Shown in pieces: positions 58,988 to 64,000 of a DNA stretch of 64,000 nt (the stretch's first letter is position 1; each line of letters starts with the position of its first letter). A model generated the notes under the pieces. The model ran no database searches. It was given only the letters and a program-made list of their open reading frames with translations, and was not told the DNA's origin. A program made the translations under genes and the position numbers. Source of the DNA: Pseudomonadota bacterium (lineage in GTDB: Bacteria; Bdellovibrionota; Bdellovibrionia; Bdellovibrionales; SG-bin7); the NCBI GenBank assembly GCA_034439715.1, contig JAWXAY010000010.1, forward strand, positions 54,590-118,589. The letters run 5' to 3'.

Positions 58988-60574
58988 TCACATTCGGTAA
59001 ACACCTTTTTTCTTTGGTCCCCAGCGCCTATAAAGGCTGGCATTTATTCCTAAAGCAATAACTGTACGTGTATCTTTAGGATTGATAATTCCATCATCCC
59101 AAAGTCGGGCGGTAGAGTAATAGGCAGAACTTTCAAGTGCATATTTTTCTAGAATTGGTCGTTTAAACTCATCTTGCTCAGCCTTCGTCATGGTTTGTTG
59201 TTTAACAGTTAACAGGACATTGGCAGCTTGTTCTCCACCCATTACGGCGATTTTTGCGCTAGGCCACATCCAGAGTTGACGGGGGTTGTAGCCTCGGCCA
59301 CACATACCATAGTTGCCGGCTCCATAAGAGCTGCCAATTATTATTGTAAAGCGTGGGACGCGCGCCAGGCTTACGGCCATTACCATTTTAGCACCGTGCT
59401 TAGCTATTCCTTCGTTTTCGTATTTTCTTCCGACCATAAAGCCAGTAATGTTTTGTAAAAATAAAAGTGGAACCCGTCTCTGATCGCAGAGGTCAACAAA
59501 ATGCGCCACCTTCATTGCACTTTCACTAAATAAAACGCCATTATTGGCGACAATCCCGACCGGGTATCCCCAAATGTGGGCGAATCCAGTCACGATTGTT
59601 TCAGCATAATCTTTTTTGAATTCGTGAAACTTGCTGCCATCTACCGTTCGCGCGATAATTTCGCGAACATCAAAAGGTTTTCGTGGGTCCTTTGGCATTA
59701 TCCCAAAAATTTCTTCGGGATCATAAGCAGGATCTTCGGGTGCTTTTCGATTTATTTTTTCTTTCACACGGTAATTAATATTTTCTATAATGATTCTTGT
59801 GATTTCTAAAGCATGCTCATCACTCTCGGCATAATGATCAGTAACCCCGCTAATAGAACAGTGAACTCTTCCGCCGCCTAGGTCTTCAGCGGTGACTTCT
59901 TCTCCTGTGGCGGCCTTAACTAATGGGGGGCCACCTAAAAAGATCGTTCCCTGATTTCCGACAATGACGTTTTCATCGCTCATGGCAGGCATATAGGCGC
60001 CGCCTGCCGTACAACTACCCATCACTACAGAAATTTGTGGAATGCCAAGTGCAGACATATGCGCTTGATTATAAAACGTTTTGCCAAAATGGTCTTTGTC
60101 CGGAAACAGTTCTGATTGAAGGGGTAAAAAAGCGCCACCACTATCAACTAGATAAATCGTTGGCAGGCCATTCTCCATTGCAACCTCTTGGGCCCGAATA
60201 TGTTTTTTGACTGCCATCGGAAAATACGTGCCACCCTTAACAGTGGCATCGTTAGCAATGATCACGCAGGGCTGATTATGGATTATTCCCACACCAGTGA
60301 TAAGGCCTGAACTAGGAGCCACATTGTCGTACATTTCCCAGGCAGCAAGAGGAGAAAATTCCAAAAAAGCCGAGCCGTCATCAATGAGTCTATCAATTCT
60401 TTCGCGCGCCAATAACTTACCACGGGATTTGTGACGCTCCACTTGCTCTTTGCCACCACCCTTTTTTACGAGATCCACTCTTTCACGAAAGATACGAACC
60501 TGTTCACGGTAATGTTCTTGATTCTCTCGAAACTCAGGAGAGGCAATGTTAATTTGTGAGACGAGCTGTTCCAT
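58988..60574 (-). CDS. liuB: Methylcrotonyl-CoA carboxylase carboxyltransferase subunit
   Basis: [40 protein letters not shown]. Confidence 0.9.
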   Translation of the reverse strand: MEQLVSQINIASPEFRENQEHYREQVRIFRERVDLVKKGGGKEQVERHKSRGKLLARERIDRLIDDGSAFLEFSPLAAWEMYDNVAPSSGLITGVGIIHNQPCVIIANDATVKGGTYFPMAVKKHIRAQEVAMENGLPTIYLVDSGGAFLPLQSELFPDKDHFGKTFYNQAHMSALGIPQISVVMGSCTAGGAYMPAMSDENVIVGNQGTIFLGGPPLVKAATGEEVTAEDLGGGRVHCSISGVTDHYAESDEHALEITRIIIENINYRVKEKINRKAPEDPAYDPEEIFGIMPKDPRKPFDVREIIARTVDGSKFHEFKKDYAETIVTGFAHIWGYPVGIVANNGVLFSESAMKVAHFVDLCDQRRVPLLFLQNITGFMVGRKYENEGIAKHGAKMVMAVSLARVPRFTIIIGSSYGAGNYGMCGRGYNPRQLWMWPSAKIAVMGGEQAANVLLTVKQQTMTKAEQDEFKRPILEKYALESSAYYSTARLWDDGIINPKDTRTVIALGINASLYRRWGPKKKGVYRM

Positions 60575-63128
60575 CGAGCCGACTTTCAAGAATTTCTAAA
60601 CGATCCTTCAATTCATTATTTTCTTTTACAAGCTTTTCTACAGATTCCTTTATGTTTTTAACCTCATCTTTTTCTTTATCGCCTTTTCTCAAGTTTTTTA
60701 CTGCCAAGTGGGCGGCAAACTTCAAATGTCCATCGACCGCTGAGTGCGCTAAGTGATCTAGGGCACCAAGGGCACTCCTCTGGCCTCGCTCCACAATAGC
60801 ATCTATGGCAGCATATCGCGCCTGCGAAAAAGGATCTTTAAGCAAATCCAACAAAAGACCGTCTAAGCTGCGTTTTTCTTTTGACAGGCTTCCTAGAGCT
60901 CTAATGGCGGTGGGCCTTGCCCACTTTTGGGCGCCGTACTGACAGCCTTCAATCAAAACCGGGACGACGCTTTCATCGCCAATATGTCCCAAGCCTTTAT
61001 AGGCGTGTGAGCGTACTAAGTCTCGCCAAGAATCTACGCTTAAAAGTTTAGTTAATTGATCAACAGATTTAGTGTGTCGGGTTTTGCCGATGGCTTCGGC
61101 TGCCTTGGCGCGGGTCATGGTTGATTCATTTTCTTTGGTTAAAAGAACCAGCTGACTAAATGCTTCGTTAGTTCTAAAACTTCCGAGCGCTGTTGCTATA
61201 CCACCACGCACGCGACTATCTTTTTCATTCTTTAACGTTTCACAGAGGTAGCCAAAGGCGCGTTGGGAAGTAATTTTTCCGAGCATGAGTGCGGCCTCTT
61301 TGCGGACGCCCCAAAAAAAATCTGATTTCAATCGTTCTGCCAGCAATTCTTGACCTTTGACAGTGGCTTTTTTTGCAAGGGTTTTCATAGCCCAAATTTT
61401 TCCAACAACGTCACCAGAAAGTTTTAACTGTTCGCCAATCATTTTCTCCGATAATTCCCATTGGACGGTTTTCAGCAATCGATTTTCGGAATCAATTCGC
61501 ATTGCTACGGGTTCCTTTTCAAAAGATACCACAAGATTTTTCACTGCGTGATCCATCGCTAAGTGTACTTTTTGGCTCCTGCCACCTTCAAAAAAGAATT
61601 CTACGAAGGTATTTATCTGGTGAATGGGAGTTAATAGATCCTTTTTCTGAGTTTGTTCCAAACGTACTTTGGCCATTTTATTTTTACTGTCCCACTCATA
61701 GCCAACTTTCAACTCTGGATGTCCCGCCTTGTAAATCCACTGATCAAAAAACCAGTCAAGAGGACGTTGTGAGACTTCTTCGAGAGCTCGCTGGAAGTCG
61801 ATGGTCTCTACAGCCTGTCCCTGATGCCTTTCAAGATAAAGCTTTGTGCCTTTCCAAAAGTCATCTGGGCCTAGCTCAGCTCGTAAAAGATTTAAAATTA
61901 ATCCCCCTTTTTGATACAAGTGGCGATCCCAAATTTCTGCCGGATCACTATAAATATTAGTGACAATGGGCCGGCGATAAACAGAGGAGTCTTCATTTAA
62001 ATAAATTTGTAGCTCTTCGTAGCGAAAGTATTGGGTTTCGTCCTCGCCCATGTCTTTTTCTTTGAAGACGGTCTCCATAAATGTAGCCCAAGATTCATTA
62101 AGCCAGCCATGTGACCAAGATTTACAGGTGACTAGATCACCAAACCATTGGTGTGCGAGCTCGTGTGACACGAGGTCCTCGCTGGTAAAATCAGGCTCCA
62201 TCTCTTGGGGATGTAAAGTCGCATCCGTTTGAGTAGTAGCAGATGTGTTCTCCATACCACCAAACGTAAATTCACTGACAGCGATCTGGTGGTATTTTTC
62301 ATAAGGATAGGGTACACCCAGTTTTTCTGAAAAAAGTTCTAGCATTTGCGGGGTTTTTCCAAAAGAACGTTTGCCTTCTTCTTCACGCCCCTTTTCTACA
62401 AGGTAGTTGACGGGAATGTTTCTCCAGCTGTCCTTGATTTCGCTAAATTTTCCGGCCGTTAAAGTTACTAAGTAGGCGGGGATGGGCCACTTCATTTTCC
62501 AATGAAAAGTCCATTGGCTTCCGGTGCGGTCTTCTTTTACTAAGCCGCCATTTGAAGTGCACACAAAACCAGACGGTGCGGTGATTTTTATTTCACTGAC
62601 AAATTTTACCCCTGGTTCGTCAAAACAGGGAAACCAATAGCGAGCGTCGTCATCTTGTCCCTGAGTCCAAACTTGAACCGCGCGATCTGGATATTCTTTG
62701 TCGGGTGCAATAAAATAAATTCCAGCTCGAGGTTCAGAGACCGAATACTCAATACTTACAGTTCCCTTGTCGCCTCGAGTGAGTGTTTTTGGTAAATTGA
62801 CAATGATCTCATCATCTTTTTCGCTAAACGATATTTTTTGACCATTCCATGTGACGGTCTTGATTTCTAAATCTACCGCATTGAGCGAAAACTCATCGGT
62901 TTCATTTTTGAGAACCTCAATGTCAATAGAGTTTCTGCCAATCAACATTTTTTTTTCAACGAGCAACTCGATCTCTAGTAGTTGGTGGATTGGCTTTACG
63001 TTTCGATCCGCTCGATAGTTAGGTTTTGCCCAAGGCACGGAGTGGGGCTCAGTGTGAATGGCGTTGGTACTGTGTCGCGAGCAACATGAGGCAAACTCTC
63101 GTTTGAAATCAATATGATCAGTCGACAT
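60549..63128 (-). CDS. pepN: M1 aminopeptidase with C-terminal HEAT repeats
   Basis: [14 protein letters not shown]...WLNE, YQKG; HEAT-like repeats and a terminal coiled coil. Confidence 0.88.
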   Translation of the reverse strand: MSTDHIDFKREFASCCSRHSTNAIHTEPHSVPWAKPNYRADRNVKPIHQLLEIELLVEKKMLIGRNSIDIEVLKNETDEFSLNAVDLEIKTVTWNGQKISFSEKDDEIIVNLPKTLTRGDKGTVSIEYSVSEPRAGIYFIAPDKEYPDRAVQVWTQGQDDDARYWFPCFDEPGVKFVSEIKITAPSGFVCTSNGGLVKEDRTGSQWTFHWKMKWPIPAYLVTLTAGKFSEIKDSWRNIPVNYLVEKGREEEGKRSFGKTPQMLELFSEKLGVPYPYEKYHQIAVSEFTFGGMENTSATTQTDATLHPQEMEPDFTSEDLVSHELAHQWFGDLVTCKSWSHGWLNESWATFMETVFKEKDMGEDETQYFRYEELQIYLNEDSSVYRRPIVTNIYSDPAEIWDRHLYQKGGLILNLLRAELGPDDFWKGTKLYLERHQGQAVETIDFQRALEEVSQRPLDWFFDQWIYKAGHPELKVGYEWDSKNKMAKVRLEQTQKKDLLTPIHQINTFVEFFFEGGRSQKVHLAMDHAVKNLVVSFEKEPVAMRIDSENRLLKTVQWELSEKMIGEQLKLSGDVVGKIWAMKTLAKKATVKGQELLAERLKSDFFWGVRKEAALMLGKITSQRAFGYLCETLKNEKDSRVRGGIATALGSFRTNEAFSQLVLLTKENESTMTRAKAAEAIGKTRHTKSVDQLTKLLSVDSWRDLVRSHAYKGLGHIGDESVVPVLIEGCQYGAQKWARPTAIRALGSLSKEKRSLDGLLLDLLKDPFSQARYAAIDAIVERGQRSALGALDHLAHSAVDGHLKFAAHLAVKNLRKGDKEKDEVKNIKESVEKLVKENNELKDRLEILESRLDGTARLTN

Positions 63129-63283
63129 AGTTACTCTCCGCTGGAAGGTTGCAATTTAACTTAGATAAAATGGCGATTCAAAGACAATCCGGCTCTAAAT
63201 AATTCAGCGCATAAATTCTGTAAAATTCATTTTGCCTGTTGCGTAAGACCTTACAATTAGTAAAATAAAGTTTGGGAGCAACT

Positions 63284-63736
63284 GTGAAATATTTGAGCAT
63301 AATTTTTTTCTTAGTTTTGATGAAGTTCACCTGGGGAATGGCCTACAAAGCTCCAGTGGTTAGCATTGAAACCCATAAGCTGATTCAAACTGAACTTAAA
63401 GACATCATTTATCAGGTTTTGGTACAGTATCGCCCGACGGCAACAAATTTAAAATTTCAAACTATTTGGACAGAGCGGCTTTCTGATCATCAGCTTAAGG
63501 CCCATTTTACCTATTCGTTCGTCGACTCTGACGACCAAGATGGCGAGTCAGTTGAGCAAACTCAAGATGGTGAAGTCATATTAAACCAAATCCCGCCAAG
63601 CGATGGCGACCAAATGGACCAAAATGGCCAGAAGAGCCAGAAGAGCCAGAAGAGTTGGTCTCTGGATGAAGTTACAGTTTTACGCCAAGCACTTCATTTT
63701 AAGAAGGGCATTGTCATTTCTCCCGCAGAGAAGTAA
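63284..63736 (+). CDS. Secreted hypothetical protein
   Basis: GGGAG RBS with GTG start; signal peptide. Confidence 0.6.
   Translation: MKYLSIIFFLVLMKFTWGMAYKAPVVSIETHKLIQTELKDIIYQVLVQYRPTATNLKFQTIWTERLSDHQLKAHFTYSFVDSDDQDGESVEQTQDGEVILNQIPPSDGDQMDQNGQKSQKSQKSWSLDEVTVLRQALHFKKGIVISPAEK
63627..63653 (+). repeat. In-frame 9-bp tandem repeat (GCCAGAAGA x3)
   Basis: Encodes QKSQKSQKS. Confidence 0.85.
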
Positions 63737-63747
63737 ACCTAGTTCTT

Positions 63748-64000
63748 ATGAAATTTATAGAGATTGATCGAGAAGGATATTTTAAAACTGGAGAACTTCG
63801 CGTTTCAGACCAACATTACGGTCACGAGCTTATGAAGAACTTGCGTGTGACTGATAAGTTTGAGGTTTATACCGAATCCGAAGGCGAAAAAATAATTGTG
63901 CAAGCTTTTGATGAGCCCTTTTTGGTAGAACAAGTTTTTTACAAAAGTGGCGGCACATGGAAAGCGCAAATGCCCTACGACTTTGTGCAATCCTTTCAGC
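63748..64000 (+). CDS. Hypothetical protein, 3'-truncated (not in the ORF track)
   Basis: Open frame MKFIEIDREGYFKTGELRVSDQHYG...VQAFDEPFLV... runs to the window end. Confidence 0.65.
   Translation, partial: MKFIEIDREGYFKTGELRVSDQHYGHELMKNLRVTDKFEVYTESEGEKIIVQAFDEPFLVEQVFYKSGGTWKAQMPYDFVQSFQ

Noticed and set aside
63805..63990. 61-aa minus-strand ORF
   Set aside because: It is the antisense shadow of the plus-strand CDS starting at 63748.
1..64000. CRISPR array, tRNA/rRNA genes, IS transposase or integrase
   Set aside because: No regularly spaced repeats, no intergenic T-loop/cloverleaf signature, and no ORF with DDE, HUH or tyrosine-recombinase motifs were seen by eye.

Overview
Gene-dense, AT-rich bacterial chromosomal window. 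Gene content and order suggest Bdellovibrionota or a related deltaproteobacterial predator (inference, not a database result). Housekeeping content: partial HMG-CoA synthase, ftsEX-envC-ctpA, tig, a tandem ArsA-like ATPase pair, gshA, pepA, clpP-clpX-lon, phhA, hldD, ahpC, xth, dksA, speB, ribD, a panG-like/panB/panC/coaBC/coaX operon and a pepN + leucine-catabolism (liu) operon. No rRNA, tRNA, CRISPR array or recognisable transposase/integrase was seen. Most notable: (1) a CxxC + RAPP leader ORF (DUF2946/CruR-like candidate arrest peptide) heading an outer-membrane protein/metal-binding protein/permease operon that has no ATPase; (2) a stand-alone HNH endonuclease beside a ~145-nt non-coding element with three hairpins capped by GCAA/GCAA/UUCG loops; (3) a divergent SelO-like pseudokinase split into two ORFs behind a sigma28-like promoter; (4) an 85-nt rod-like hairpin before the pantothenate operon; (5) a circularly permuted ATP-grasp gene that may replace GshB; (6) several orphan secreted proteins behind sigma54- or sigma28-like promoters. 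The ftsX and SelO-like reading-frame breaks may be assembly errors. All calls come from motif reading by eye; many starts were moved from the ORF track using RBS or overlap evidence.
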